The notes: generated by a model not told the origin, from the letters alone. DNA of 64,000 bases from a bacterium (GCA_963669175.1 OY769902.1:1536001-1600000), one strand, 5' to 3'. Counted from the stretch's first letter, positions 46,805 through 58,000 are shown. Numbers and translations: made by a program.

Positions 46805-47575
46805 AAAGTAAAGAAGGTAAAAAAGGTAAAGAAAGTGAAGAGTTATAAAGAAGTTGTAAAATGGTTGTATAGATACATTTAATAGCCATATATATATTGA
46901 TATGCAAAGTTGTGGCAGGTCTTGACGCGACATTCCGTTTTCGGCTTTCGCAATGTATTTCTGAGTGCACATGATACTGAAACCACCTCTCGTCCTGTTA
47001 TTGTCGCGTTGTGACCTGCCACCGGTATCAACACTCTCGCTGTCGTCAGGTCACAACGTGATGCCTGATGATGATCTATCATGCGAAATAGCAGCTGTGA
47101 ATTCGGACAGGTGTCTGAAATTGCGGAGAAGAACAAGAAAAAGGCATCACGTCAAGACCTGACGAAACGTGCTCGTCGATAATATGCACATATTCTTTTG
47201 AGCAGCCAAAGTAAAGAAGTTAAAAAAGGTAAAGAAGGTGAAGGGTTATAAAGAAGTTGTAAAATGGTTGTATAGATACATTTAATAGCCATATATATAT
47301 TGATATGCAAAGTTGTGGCAGGTCTTGACGCGACATTCCGTTTTCGGCTTTCGCAATGTATTTCTGAGTGCACATGATACTGAAACCACCTCTCGTCCTG
47401 TTATTGTCGCGTTGTGACCTGCCACCGGTATCAGCACTCTCGCTGTCGTCAGGTCACAACGTGATGCCTGATGATGATCTATCATGCGAAATAGCAGCTG
47501 TGAATTCGGACAGGTGTCTGAAATTGCGGAGAAGAACAAGAAAAAGGCATCACGTCAAGACCTGACGACAACGTG
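46805..47575. repeat. Near-perfect direct duplication (46805-47171 and 47208-47575, period 403 bp); each copy holds four related inverted motifs
   Basis: About 365 bp shared; I count 4 substitutions and 1 indel by eye; CAGGTC(TTGA/ACAA)CG motif four times per copy. Confidence 0.95.
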
Positions 47576-47607
47576 TATTGATATAATGCGTCAATATGGG
47601 TAAATTG

Positions 47608-47666
47608 TCCTAATTCCTAATTCCTAATTCCTAATTCCTAATTCCTAATTCCTAATTCCTAATTCC
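47608..47666. repeat. Perfect heptamer tandem repeat (TCCTAAT)x8
   Basis: 8 full units + TCC. Confidence 0.97.
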
Positions 47667-47809
47667 AAGGTTTCCTCCGTTCCCTCGCAAAACCAGCATC
47701 TGTGTGTGAATTGGTCTACTGAAAAATTCAGGAAATCGGTCCTTTCGCCCATCCAAAATTCTCTCTAGCTTACCTTTCAACAAGCGAAACAGTGAAAGGC
47801 AGCGATCCC

Positions 47810-49282
47810 ATGTTTCTAATGACCGTTGAAAAGGACACTGGCATTCCGGCTTACCAGCAGATTATCAGTGAAATCGTATCACGGGTCGAAAACGGACGTT
47901 TGCAAGCGGGTGAACAGATGCCGTCATCGCGCACACTTGCTTCCAAGCTTGGTGTGCATCGTTCTACCGTATTTCGCGCCTACCAGGAATTACTCGCGTT
48001 GGGGTATATCGAAAGTAAACCGGGAACGTACACGACTATCCGGGACCGTAAACGCCTGGTCGGCGAGAATGAACGTCCGGAAAAGGGGCTGATCGACTGG
48101 GATTCTGCGGTGTCTACTGGCGCTCGTATTGTCTATGACATCTACACCGATTCCAATGTCGATCCGGAACCTGTCGGCGATTCGGATACCATAGCCCTGT
48201 CACGTCTGACCCCGGACCCACGGCTTTTCCCTGTGGAGACGTTTCGCAAGTGCCTGAACCGTGCCATGGTCAACCAGCAACATAAGCTGTTGCTGTACGG
48301 GGATCGTCAGGGATGGAAACCCCTAAGGAAATACATCGCATCTCGCATGAGCCAGCATGGTGTGGTGGTTGATCCTGATGAAGTGCTGATTACCAGCGGT
48401 TCTCAGCAGGCTTTGGATCTCATTTTCAAGCTGTTGATTGAACCGGGAAACGGCGTTGTGATTGAAGCGCCGACCTATGCGCATGTCATTCCGCTTATGC
48501 GTTTTTACCAGGCAGATCTTCGTCCTGTGCCCATGACCCCGGAGGGGATGGACCTGGAAACACTGGAAAGACAACTTGAAAGTCAGCGGCCCTCGTTCAT
48601 TTATACCATCCCGAATTTCCAGAATCCTACCGGGATTACTTCCAGCCAGGAGAATCGTGAACGTCTGCTGCATCTCGCGGAGGAACACCGTGTCCCGATC
48701 CTGGAAGATGGTTTTGATGAGGAGATGAAGTATTTCGGCAAAACAGTTCTTCCCATCAAGTCCATGGACCGGAAACAGGCGGTTGTATATATGGGCACCT
48801 TTTCAAAGGTGTTGTTCCCGGGGGTGCGTATCGGCTGGATAATCGCGGATCGCGAGTGTATCGAACGGTTGGTTGCGATCAGGCGGTATTCGGACCTGGC
48901 TGGTGTAATGGCGATACAGGCCGGGTTGGAAGACTTCTGCCGCAACGGGTATTACGATCTGCATATCAAACGCATGCACAGGGCGTTTCGCAAAAGGATG
49001 CAGACAGCGTTGGACAGCCTGAAGGTGTATCTGCCGGATGGCTACACCTGGACAACCCCGGATGGCGGTTACCTGCTGTGGGTGACCATGCCGCAACCAT
49101 ACCAGGATCAGAAGAGGTTCACCTCACACTTGATGAAACATGGTGTGACGGTGTCACCCGGTGAGTATCACTATTTCAGCGAACCGAGCAAAAGCAATTT
49201 CCGGATCTCAATCGCTTACCTGGATGAGGACCAGATCGCGGAAGGTATTAAACGACTGGGGAAGGCGCTGGCTACGCTTTGA
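47810..49282 (+). CDS. MocR/GabR-family GntR regulator (wHTH + PLP aminotransferase domain)
   Basis: PAYQQI...MPSSRTLA...HRSTVFRAY; ITSGSQQAL, PNFQNPTG, ILEDG, GTFSKVLFPGVRIGW. Confidence 0.95.
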   Translation: MFLMTVEKDTGIPAYQQIISEIVSRVENGRLQAGEQMPSSRTLASKLGVHRSTVFRAYQELLALGYIESKPGTYTTIRDRKRLVGENERPEKGLIDWDSAVSTGARIVYDIYTDSNVDPEPVGDSDTIALSRLTPDPRLFPVETFRKCLNRAMVNQQHKLLLYGDRQGWKPLRKYIASRMSQHGVVVDPDEVLITSGSQQALDLIFKLLIEPGNGVVIEAPTYAHVIPLMRFYQADLRPVPMTPEGMDLETLERQLESQRPSFIYTIPNFQNPTGITSSQENRERLLHLAEEHRVPILEDGFDEEMKYFGKTVLPIKSMDRKQAVVYMGTFSKVLFPGVRIGWIIADRECIERLVAIRRYSDLAGVMAIQAGLEDFCRNGYYDLHIKRMHRAFRKRMQTALDSLKVYLPDGYTWTTPDGGYLLWVTMPQPYQDQKRFTSHLMKHGVTVSPGEYHYFSEPSKSNFRISIAYLDEDQIAEGIKRLGKALATL

Positions 49283-49415
49283 AACTGGTAGCGGAATCCA
49301 GGACAATATAGACTGTACGATTTACCAAAACGTCATTTAGCCAAGGTACAAATCTTCTCACTACGTGTTACCTGAGGAGATTTCTGCCTTCCCAATTGTC
49401 TCAGAATCATTGATG

Positions 49416-49651
49416 CTCTCATCCCAGCGAAGCAGACTGTATCAGAATGTCCGATAGTATCATTCCTTCGAAGGAAGGAATCCAGTCATGATGCGATATT
49501 ACAATAAGTTAAGCATTCTCAAGTGACGCGGTACATTGAGAGCTGTTTAAGTGTCCAACTTGTTATTATGTCGATACTTGCCTGGATCCCAGCCTTCGCT
49601 TGGATGAGAGTCTTCGCTATTTTGATACAGTCTGCTTCGCTGGGATGAGAG
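49416..49651. mobile_element. MITE/REPIN-like 236-bp non-autonomous element with perfect 29-bp terminal inverted repeats
   Basis: ctctcatcccagcgaagcagactgtatca (49416-49444) is the exact reverse complement of 49623-49651; inner REP-like pair 49460-49485 / 49582-49607. Confidence 0.65.
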
Positions 49652-49789
49652 TGTTGTTTATTCTGATACAGTCTGCTTTGTTTACGGCTGTGTTTCCCCC
49701 CTCCCCGCAAGCTTCGCTTCGGTTCGCTGGGGATGAGATGTGGATGTATGGCAGGTACGGATTGAGTTATTGCCTGAAGGGAGGCAACC

Positions 49790-50617
49790 ATGATAAATGC
49801 GGGATTTGAAACGAACACAGAAACTCAGCAAACGGTCCGCACAGATGCAATGCGGAAGAAGTTAATGAAACTGCAAAAAGGGATTGTATACGGACCGGTA
49901 AACTCGCGTCGTCTCGGCAGGTCACTGGGAATCAATGTCCTTCCTACTCAGGCGAAAGTGTGCAGTTTCAATTGTCTCTACTGTCAATACGGTTTTACCA
50001 AGGCGCAGGGTGTGCGACTTCTCGATAGTGTGCAATTTCCGGCTGTTTCTCATATCCTGAACGCGGTTGAAACAAAGCTGGTGGAGATGGAAAATCCACC
50101 GGATTACCTGACCTTCTCCGGTCATGGCGAGGCTACGCTTCATCCTCATTTCGATGAACTGGTTGATGGCATAACTGAACTCCGAGACAAGTACGCTCCC
50201 GATGCGAAAACGGCTATTCTGTCTAATGCCTCAACCGTTAGCGATGCACGTATCCGTAGGATACTAAGCAGGCTGGATGAAGCGATTCTCAAGCTGGATG
50301 CCGGGAGTGAAAGTGTTTTTCAGAGGTACAACCAGCCCGTCATTCCCTTGCATATTTCAGAGATTGTGGAGGGATTGAGAATGATGGACAGGGTGATTCT
50401 CCAGTCGCTGTTTGCGGATGGCGAACGTGGCAACCTGAAACTGAAGCATATCATCCGCTGGCTGCGACAGGTAGAAGCAATTCAACCTGAAAAGGTGCAG
50501 TTGTACACGCTGGATCGTGCTTATCCATCGAGGCTGATCGTTCCGGCAGCACGCGAGCACATGGCCGAAATCGCGGAACAACTTGGAAAAATGGGGATAA
50601 CAGCGCTGGTTTACTAA
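49790..50617 (+). CDS. Radical SAM protein (COG0731-like Fe-S oxidoreductase)
   Basis: GGAGG SD; YGPVNSRRLGRSLGIN, CSFNCLYC, TFSGHGEATLHP, KLDA, VQLYTLDR. Confidence 0.9.
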   Translation: MINAGFETNTETQQTVRTDAMRKKLMKLQKGIVYGPVNSRRLGRSLGINVLPTQAKVCSFNCLYCQYGFTKAQGVRLLDSVQFPAVSHILNAVETKLVEMENPPDYLTFSGHGEATLHPHFDELVDGITELRDKYAPDAKTAILSNASTVSDARIRRILSRLDEAILKLDAGSESVFQRYNQPVIPLHISEIVEGLRMMDRVILQSLFADGERGNLKLKHIIRWLRQVEAIQPEKVQLYTLDRAYPSRLIVPAAREHMAEIAEQLGKMGITALVY

Positions 50618-50626
50618 TAACAGATA

Positions 50627-53600
50627 TCACTGTCCGGTATTCTTATCTTGTTTGTCCTGGGTGTCCATGGCGTGGATATCCAGGATTTTCATACCTTCCG
50701 CGTAGTCGATTTCTTTCAGTGATCGAATACGCAGCAGTTTATCCACCAGGTCGGACATGCGCTTGATATGGCGGGTAACCCGGTTATAGTGTTCCTCAAC
50801 CTGCTCTTCGGGAACAATGCCCATTCTCAGCAGGTCGGTACATCCCTTGATAACGGCCAGGGGGTTGTTGAATTCGTGGGCGATGGTTGCTGCCAGTTGG
50901 GTGGCTGTTTCCAGTTGTTTGGTTTCGATCTCTGCCTGCATGGCACGTTGCTGGTTCGCCAGCGCTTCAGCGGTTTTCTCTTTGACAAGTTGTTGCAGGA
51001 GCTGTTTCTGACGCTCGATCCGGTACACCCGCCATCGATACACCAGAAAGAAGAAGCCGAGGATCAGGAAACCTGCAAGCGCCTTGAACCAGATTGTCTC
51101 ATAAAAATAGGGTGGAATGGTCAGCCGCAACGGGGACTGCATGGCCAGGCGATTTCCGAGGCTGTTTTCTACTTCGAGACTGAACGTGTAGGCGCCCGGG
51201 TCCAGGTTCTCATACGATGCCACGGTCCCGTTGCTACGCCATTTCTGAGCAGCATCAAAAGGTTCTAACCGCCAGAAATAGCGATGTTGGCTTTCGTTGA
51301 GGTAATCAGGGAAGGCCAGTTCAATCTGCAGGGCACGTTCGCCTTTGGGAAGGACCATATTTCCATCTACAGGCTGGTAACCGGTTTCGGTATGAACGCC
51401 AGCAATGAAGGGGGTAAGTTGTGTATACCCGGTTTGATAGAGCGAATCCGGATGAAAACGAATAATGCCATCCTCTTGAACTGCCAATATGTACCCATTC
51501 TCAAGCATTTCCAGCCTGTCAACACGGTTATCGAGGAAGCCATTATCCTCGTCCAGGAGCATATTCAGCGAATCAGATTGGATGTACAAGCCCTGCGAAG
51601 TTGCGATGAATACACGTCCCGGTCGATCTTCGAGCCAATCCAGGATTACCGTATTGGGTGACAGGGAGGTTTCAATACGGGTGACACTGTTCTCGGATAC
51701 TCGCACTGCCATGTTATTGGAATAAAAAACCAGATCATCCCACGGTGTCCGGTATACGGATTCGTAGCGTACATGCGGGATTCCGTCCTTCGCATCGAAA
51801 ACGCGAATGGAGTCGCCCTTCAGCCGGACAATGCCGCTGGCAAATGTGCCGAACCAGTATGCCGAATCCGGTCCAATTGTACAATTCAGCGCAGTGAAGC
51901 CATTAGAAAACAGGTTCTTGGGATAAACATGAATGTTCTCCCAGTTCCGTTTTGAAAAATCACTGGCATAGCGGTAAATGTGACCGAGAAAATGCCAGGC
52001 ATGCCCGTCTTTCAGTTTTGCCGGTCCATTCCATGTTCCGACCCAAAGGCTGCCATCGGGATCAGGAAAAAGAAATGTAGAATGCTGAAACTGATTCCAC
52101 GTATTGGTAAGAGTTCTACCATTCCAGGTAAAGACCGAATCATTGGCAATAAAACTCAATAACCCATCCTGACCAGCAACAGCGTAATGATGGTTGGCGC
52201 CATGTCTGATGTTTTTCTTCAGAGTCTGTAGCTGACCGGAATTGTGATGATAAAGATACATCCCCAATTCAGTCAGGATCAGAATATTGCCGTTGGCATC
52301 AACAGCCCAATCCCAAGTCAGGTCAGGCATACGTGAAGGTGAGAGTACTGTGGTGAATTCTTCGCCATCCATTTCGACAATACCGTTCGGCCCCGCCAGC
52401 CAGGTTGTTCCATCGTTGAATCGGAACACCTTTTTTACTGATTGCAGTTCAGGATGTGTGGAACCGGAGTAAAGGAACATCTCATCGGAAACCAGCTTTG
52501 CAAGGTTGCTGTTTTCCCAACTCAGCCACAGTGTACCCTGGTGATCTGTCAGGAAGAAAGTTGGCTGCTCATCGTGTTGGCTTACCATGCCGGGTTTCAG
52601 TAGCCGTTTTTGTCGGTCATGCATGATAAGCAGAGCAGATGGATAGGAGGCGTAAATGTTATAGTGGTCAAAATAGATGTCGGGCTTTTGAGATTCTTGT
52701 ACTGGTAATGAAATGTCGTGTTGGACAAACTGCTGATCATCCCAATAGAACAGTTCCCCATTTCGCGCAGCCCATAAAGTGCCGGAGCTATCAAGATGGA
52801 TATTACTGGCGATCCAGTCTTCCGGCTTTCCTGCTGGCCTATGATGATGAAACGCCTGTCGGTACCCTTCAAGCAGTATTGTGCTATCCGAAATGGCACG
52901 CACCTGGTCCACGCTTTCAATATCCGGATGCGCTTCCAGAAAAGCCTTTTCGCCCTTCGCTTCATATTCGCGGGAAAGCTCTTCCGATTGCAGCCGTGTC
53001 AATTCAACAAACTTCTCGATATCTACGCTGTACAACCCCTTTGGGGACATGGCTATCCAGAGGGTATTGGATCCTGCAACATAGGCAATGTGGTTTGCGA
53101 GGTCAGGAGTCAAAGGTGTAGGATCAACAGAGCGAATTGGAACCAGGTATTCACCACGATTTCGGAATAAACTGGCGCCATGATCATGTGCCAGAATCAT
53201 TCCGTCAGGAGTGAATTCTATGTCCCTGGCCGGGGAACCGATACGTTCTGGGAACGCGGCAATTGAGAAATTTACCGGATCAAGAATACTCAGGCCTCTG
53301 AATGTGCCGATATACAGTTTGTGATCCGGACCTTCCTTCACGAAGTAGGTGTAATTATCCAGTAGTCCATCATCGATGGAGAACTGACGGAATCGTGTGC
53401 CATCATAACTCATGATCCCATTCTCGCCCCAGAACCACAGCACACCACGACTGTCCTGCATGCTGCCCCATATCATTCCGGACAGCATGTTGGGGTCATC
53501 GTAATATCTGAACGGGTATTCATGGGAACAGGCTGTGGGCGGGAACAGACCTGAATGGAAAAAGATTACCAGGAAAATCAGTACATATACAGGTAATAGC

Positions 53601-53674
53601 AGGCGTTTCTTCTTATCGCCTGTTTGACCGAAGCGGCGGCTGTAGCTATGCAGATTTGATGCTATTGTTACCAT
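50627..53674 (-). CDS. Membrane sensor: Reg_prop beta-propellers + Y_Y_Y + TM + HisKA, lacking the HATPase domain
   Basis: QDSRGVLWF...YDG, YENLDPGAYTF, PPYFYETIWF-TM, ATIAHEFNNPL; protein ends about 75 aa after the H-box. Confidence 0.85.
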   Translation of the reverse strand: MVTIASNLHSYSRRFGQTGDKKKRLLLPVYVLIFLVIFFHSGLFPPTACSHEYPFRYYDDPNMLSGMIWGSMQDSRGVLWFWGENGIMSYDGTRFRQFSIDDGLLDNYTYFVKEGPDHKLYIGTFRGLSILDPVNFSIAAFPERIGSPARDIEFTPDGMILAHDHGASLFRNRGEYLVPIRSVDPTPLTPDLANHIAYVAGSNTLWIAMSPKGLYSVDIEKFVELTRLQSEELSREYEAKGEKAFLEAHPDIESVDQVRAISDSTILLEGYRQAFHHHRPAGKPEDWIASNIHLDSSGTLWAARNGELFYWDDQQFVQHDISLPVQESQKPDIYFDHYNIYASYPSALLIMHDRQKRLLKPGMVSQHDEQPTFFLTDHQGTLWLSWENSNLAKLVSDEMFLYSGSTHPELQSVKKVFRFNDGTTWLAGPNGIVEMDGEEFTTVLSPSRMPDLTWDWAVDANGNILILTELGMYLYHHNSGQLQTLKKNIRHGANHHYAVAGQDGLLSFIANDSVFTWNGRTLTNTWNQFQHSTFLFPDPDGSLWVGTWNGPAKLKDGHAWHFLGHIYRYASDFSKRNWENIHVYPKNLFSNGFTALNCTIGPDSAYWFGTFASGIVRLKGDSIRVFDAKDGIPHVRYESVYRTPWDDLVFYSNNMAVRVSENSVTRIETSLSPNTVILDWLEDRPGRVFIATSQGLYIQSDSLNMLLDEDNGFLDNRVDRLEMLENGYILAVQEDGIIRFHPDSLYQTGYTQLTPFIAGVHTETGYQPVDGNMVLPKGERALQIELAFPDYLNESQHRYFWRLEPFDAAQKWRSNGTVASYENLDPGAYTFSLEVENSLGNRLAMQSPLRLTIPPYFYETIWFKALAGFLILGFFFLVYRWRVYRIERQKQLLQQLVKEKTAEALANQQRAMQAEIETKQLETATQLAATIAHEFNNPLAVIKGCTDLLRMGIVPEEQVEEHYNRVTRHIKRMSDLVDKLLRIRSLKEIDYAEGMKILDIHAMDTQDKQDKNTGQ

Positions 53675-53847
53675 AGCTGGAATATATGCGTTCGAGAAGT
53701 ACGTGGTCCAGATGTATCAATGGTTTTGCTGAAGGAGAGTTTGTTTCTTCAACTCTTTCATTGCCAATTCTGGATTAGTCATCTATTTTGTTTGAGGTTA
53801 TTTGCATTTTGAGAGAAATTGCGATGGGACAACCGGGAGGAATCGGG

Positions 53848-54744
53848 ATGACGGACAGTCAGGCAAAACCGCAGATTTTCAAGACTGCAAAAGGCGATGT
53901 CGAGTGCCTGGTTACAGGAGGCGATGGTCCAGCCATACTGGCATTACACGGTGGTATGGGAGGCTGGGATCAGGCCATTATGATGATGTCATGGATGGAT
54001 CTGGATTCTTACAAGTTCATCTGTCCTTCTCGTCCCGGATACCTGGGGACGCCAATTGAGAGTGGTCCCTCATTTGAAGACCAGGCTGATCTATTGGCTG
54101 CCATGCTGGATACATTGGGGATAGACAAGGTCGCGGCGGTTGGCGTATCTGCTGGTGGTCCACCGGCATATACGTTTGCAATCAGGCATCCGGACCGTGT
54201 CTGGGGATTGGTGACGATTGATGCCGTAAGTGGCTATTATGACATCCCTGAAACGGCCGGCGCGATTACCAAAGCAATTTTTCTCAGTGACTTCGGCCAG
54301 AAAATTCTAAAGAAAGTCGAAGAAAAACGGCCTGATATGTACCTCAAACAACTGTACCAGGCAGAAGGTTATTATACCAAAGAACAGATGCAAAAGCTTA
54401 TTGATCATGTGCTGAACACACCATCAAAAATGAAGTTTGCGGTTGGGTTCATGGAGACCATGTTCCCCTGGAAAGACCGCGAGGTCGGTACCTACAACGA
54501 TATCGAGTACACGAAGAAACTTACTCACATTGAGGTTGAGAAAATCACATGCCCGTCGTTGATTGTTCACGGTACGCATGATGCTGATGTGAAGTTCTAT
54601 GATGGAGTGTATGCCTACGAGCATATTCCGGGGGCGGAGCGTTATTGGATGGAGCAGGGGTTCCACCTTGGTTTCTGGTTGAATCCAGGTGCGGAAGAGG
54701 CCCAGGCTGCGGTACTCAGCTTCCTGAAACGTCATCAGCCTTGA
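53848..54744 (+). CDS. Alpha/beta fold hydrolase
   Basis: GGAGG SD; LHGGMGG, SRPGYLGTP, nucleophile GVSAGG, HGTHDADV, GFH. Confidence 0.92.
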   Translation: MTDSQAKPQIFKTAKGDVECLVTGGDGPAILALHGGMGGWDQAIMMMSWMDLDSYKFICPSRPGYLGTPIESGPSFEDQADLLAAMLDTLGIDKVAAVGVSAGGPPAYTFAIRHPDRVWGLVTIDAVSGYYDIPETAGAITKAIFLSDFGQKILKKVEEKRPDMYLKQLYQAEGYYTKEQMQKLIDHVLNTPSKMKFAVGFMETMFPWKDREVGTYNDIEYTKKLTHIEVEKITCPSLIVHGTHDADVKFYDGVYAYEHIPGAERYWMEQGFHLGFWLNPGAEEAQAAVLSFLKRHQP

Positions 54745-54813
54745 GGGGGCACGCAGTATTTACTGGATGAACAGGATAAAAAGGATATCAAGGATAAAAG
54801 CATTATCGTAAGT

Positions 54814-54855
54814 GAAAAACAGGGACTGACCCATCGTGGTCTGTCCCTGTTTTTC
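54814..54855. terminator. Bidirectional terminator-like hairpin
   Basis: gaaaaacagggac...gtccctgtttttc between convergent genes. Confidence 0.7.
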
Positions 54856-55047
54856 GTTTGAGACGGTTACGAATATATAATTGAGGATGTTTCTGTCTTT
54901 TTTTGCTGATACACTATCCTTCTTGAAAAGAGTATTACTGCCTTTTGTGAGTCAACAATCAGTCTTCTATTCGATAACAACACCTACCATGCCATCCCCG
55001 GCTTGACCGGTCCACTGGCGCCATCTCCAGCAATGCAAAACCCATTC

Positions 55048-58000
55048 TCACTTCAACAGAACAGCCTTGCGTGAAGCCCTGAAGCCATCCGCTTCCAATC
55101 GGATGAAGTAGATTCCGGACGCCAGGCTGCTGCCATCCCATTGCAGTACATGCTGTCCGGCTGTGAAGCGCTGATTTGCCAGCTCAGTTACTTCACGTCC
55201 CAGCATATCATACACCGTAAGTGTAACCATTCCCGAATGTGCTACAGAAAAATGTACCTGGGTGATCGGGTTGAAGGGGTTCGGATAGGGGGAATCAAGG
55301 CGCCATTCTCCTGGAAGCGTACCGACTTGTTCGTCCAAATCGTTCTGGATGAAATCGTCCAACCGTTGCGCGAACAGGTCTTCATGGTTATAAACAAAGG
55401 GGTTTCTCATGGTGCTCCAGCATACAACACAACCATTGTTCGTAAGCACCGTAGAATTCAGGATCGGTTCAGTGGGCTGGCTGCTTGCCAGGCTCAGGCC
55501 GAGATCATAAGGATAAGTATCATCAATCGGGCTTCCCGTGTGGTCAAGGTGGGTATAACGTACCTGGTACCTGAGGGCGTAACTCCATTCCACCCATTCC
55601 ACCCACACACCTTCAAAGCCGTCATAGTTGATCCGTACATCCTGCATGCTGCGGAAACCCGTTGTGATCGGTATCCCGTTTTCTTCCTGGAAGCATGGTG
55701 TGCCATCCCAGGTAAAACGCTGCAAACGTAACCTGGACAGGCCATTCTGCATCTCATGCCAGACGATATAGTAGCCTTCCATGCTGTCTGTAGAACTGGT
55801 ACAGACTGCATAGTGATCCAGGCTGATGTGGGAGTCGATCAGTGTCTGGGGTTGGTTGTTACGCAGTGTGCCATCAGCATATACCAGGCCGCCACGAATA
55901 CCGATTGAGCTGGTCCAGTCCGGGCCATAACGATTGTCCCATTTTACCTGCACAGCATTCTCAAAGGGTACAGTTTGAATATCGATCTGGTTTTCTTCGC
56001 TGTCATCAAGCAAAATGGGTTGGTTGAGAACAAGTTCACCGTCCGCAGTGATTACATGACAATAGAGGTCGTAACAGTCATCGGGATCTTGAGCGGATCG
56101 TACTACTATCAGGATATTACCGTTGGCAAACTTCTCAAGGGCGGCTATCTCATTGAATGGGTAATTGCTTTCAAGGCGCAGGCCACTCTCGCCATGTTGC
56201 AGCCAGTTATTGTCGCCGAAAGCAGTATAATACTTCAACCGAACGGTGTATTCGCCTTCGTCAGTTGTGTCCGTATAGGCTACAACCATCCCGCCAGACT
56301 GGTCCGGCAGGATACGTGCGTAATTACTGCCCGCGACCTGTCTTGATACAGGAACAAAATCGGGAAGGGGCAAACCGTTGTCACCCCACAAAGTTTCCAG
56401 GTCGGGAGTAACTTTTTGCAGGTTGAGTTGCGCGGGATCATCTTCGGAGTATGAAGCCAGGTACAGGTTGCCCACTTCGTCTGCAATGGTGTGCATGAGC
56501 AGTTCATAGGTATAAGCGTTTTCAGGTTGATCGGGACCGTGAAATACAGCGATGGGGTCTGGATGGCCAAGCGGAGAACCATCTTCAATAGCGAGCTGCT
56601 GTGCATATGCCCGGGTATATCCATCACGCTGGTCCTCCCATGCTATCCATACGGCATCCCGGGGTTCACATGGTTGCACGATAGCCGTATTGGTGATACC
56701 ACAAAAGAAGCCTTCGGCAAAATTCAGGTTATCTGCCTGGATGAGAATAGTGCCATTATCGATGTTGACAGAGTAACGGTCAAAATATCGCCAGGTGTCA
56801 TCCGGGCCGCACCAGCGCTTTGATATGAAGGAAAAAACGCCATCGCTGAGGCAATGCTTGAAAGGTTTACAGAAAGGACGGTCTCCCAGATCAATGGATA
56901 CCAGCGGTGAACTTATGCCATTACCATGCACATGGAGAATGCCCATTTGCGAAATGGGGTAAAGGTAATGGAATGAGAAATCATGGAAACAGAGTATCGC
57001 TCCGTCATTGTCGTCGCTGGTGAATGAAATCAGTTCACCGTAGTCAGTATCCATTTCCATCCCTGCATCGGGCCAACTGAATACGGGCCCATCTTCAGTA
57101 TCCACTAGTTTTTGAAGGTATAAACCCTGGCCTGCAGTGTAGCTGAAAAGGATAGAACCGTTATCAGACTGAACGGCGTTTAACTCTAAGAAAACATTGA
57201 TGTTTGATAGCTCTTCCGGTATGTAGGTGATTTCATCTGTATCCCAACAAAGATTCCCCTGCAGGTCGACTTTCTGGGCAGTCAAATGGGGACAGGGAAG
57301 GGATTCGTGGCGAAGAAGGAAAATCAGCTCACCATCCGAGTTTGTTGCAACAGCAAAGGAGCCCTGCACAACCGACGGAGATACCGTAAGCCCTTCTTCC
57401 AGTTCATCGCCTGCCGCCCAAAGCAGTTCACCTTCCGGGGTGATACGTTGAGTATGTACTTCGGAAGTATGATAAACCTCTTTCCATACCAGCAGCATTC
57501 CGCCATCTGGCGCCGGGAAGACAATAAGTGTTTCACGTTCAGGCGATGGCCAATACGTGGTTGCACCGGAAGCAAGCACGATACCGCCATCTTCCCAAAG
57601 GAACGTGCCATCAGCGGAAACATGCTGTCCCCAGATTTCACCCTCTCCATATTTGTGCCACAATACGTAAACCCCATTATCCGGAGCCGGAAAAAGGGTC
57701 GGGCAGGCGACAGGAATCGTAGTGTCGGCAATGACCAGACCGTTTTCATCCCATTGGGGTTCGCCTTCATTATTCAGTTTCTGAATTGTAATTCCATTGA
57801 TGAAATATAACCGGTCCTGTTCCATGTCAGTTAATTCTGACCAGGCAAGCAGCCAGTCGCCGGTTTCTGTCGCCAACAGGCGTGGATGTGACTGATTCCC
57901 ATCCAGCTCAAAGCTGACTGGTGCTTCTCCCCACAAGGGTTCTCCGGTCGCATCGTAAGCCTGGCAGAACAGGTCCATACCATGTAAGAAGCTCTCCGTC

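Noticed and set aside
46879-47565. Duplicated 65-85 aa ORFs inside the 403-bp repeat as a toxin-antitoxin or peptide pair
   Set aside because: No SD, several overlapping frames are equally open, no family motif; identity between copies is explained by the DNA duplication
47608-47666. Telomeric repeat or eukaryotic contamination
   Set aside because: Only 59 bp, a 7-mer, embedded between ordinary bacterial sequences
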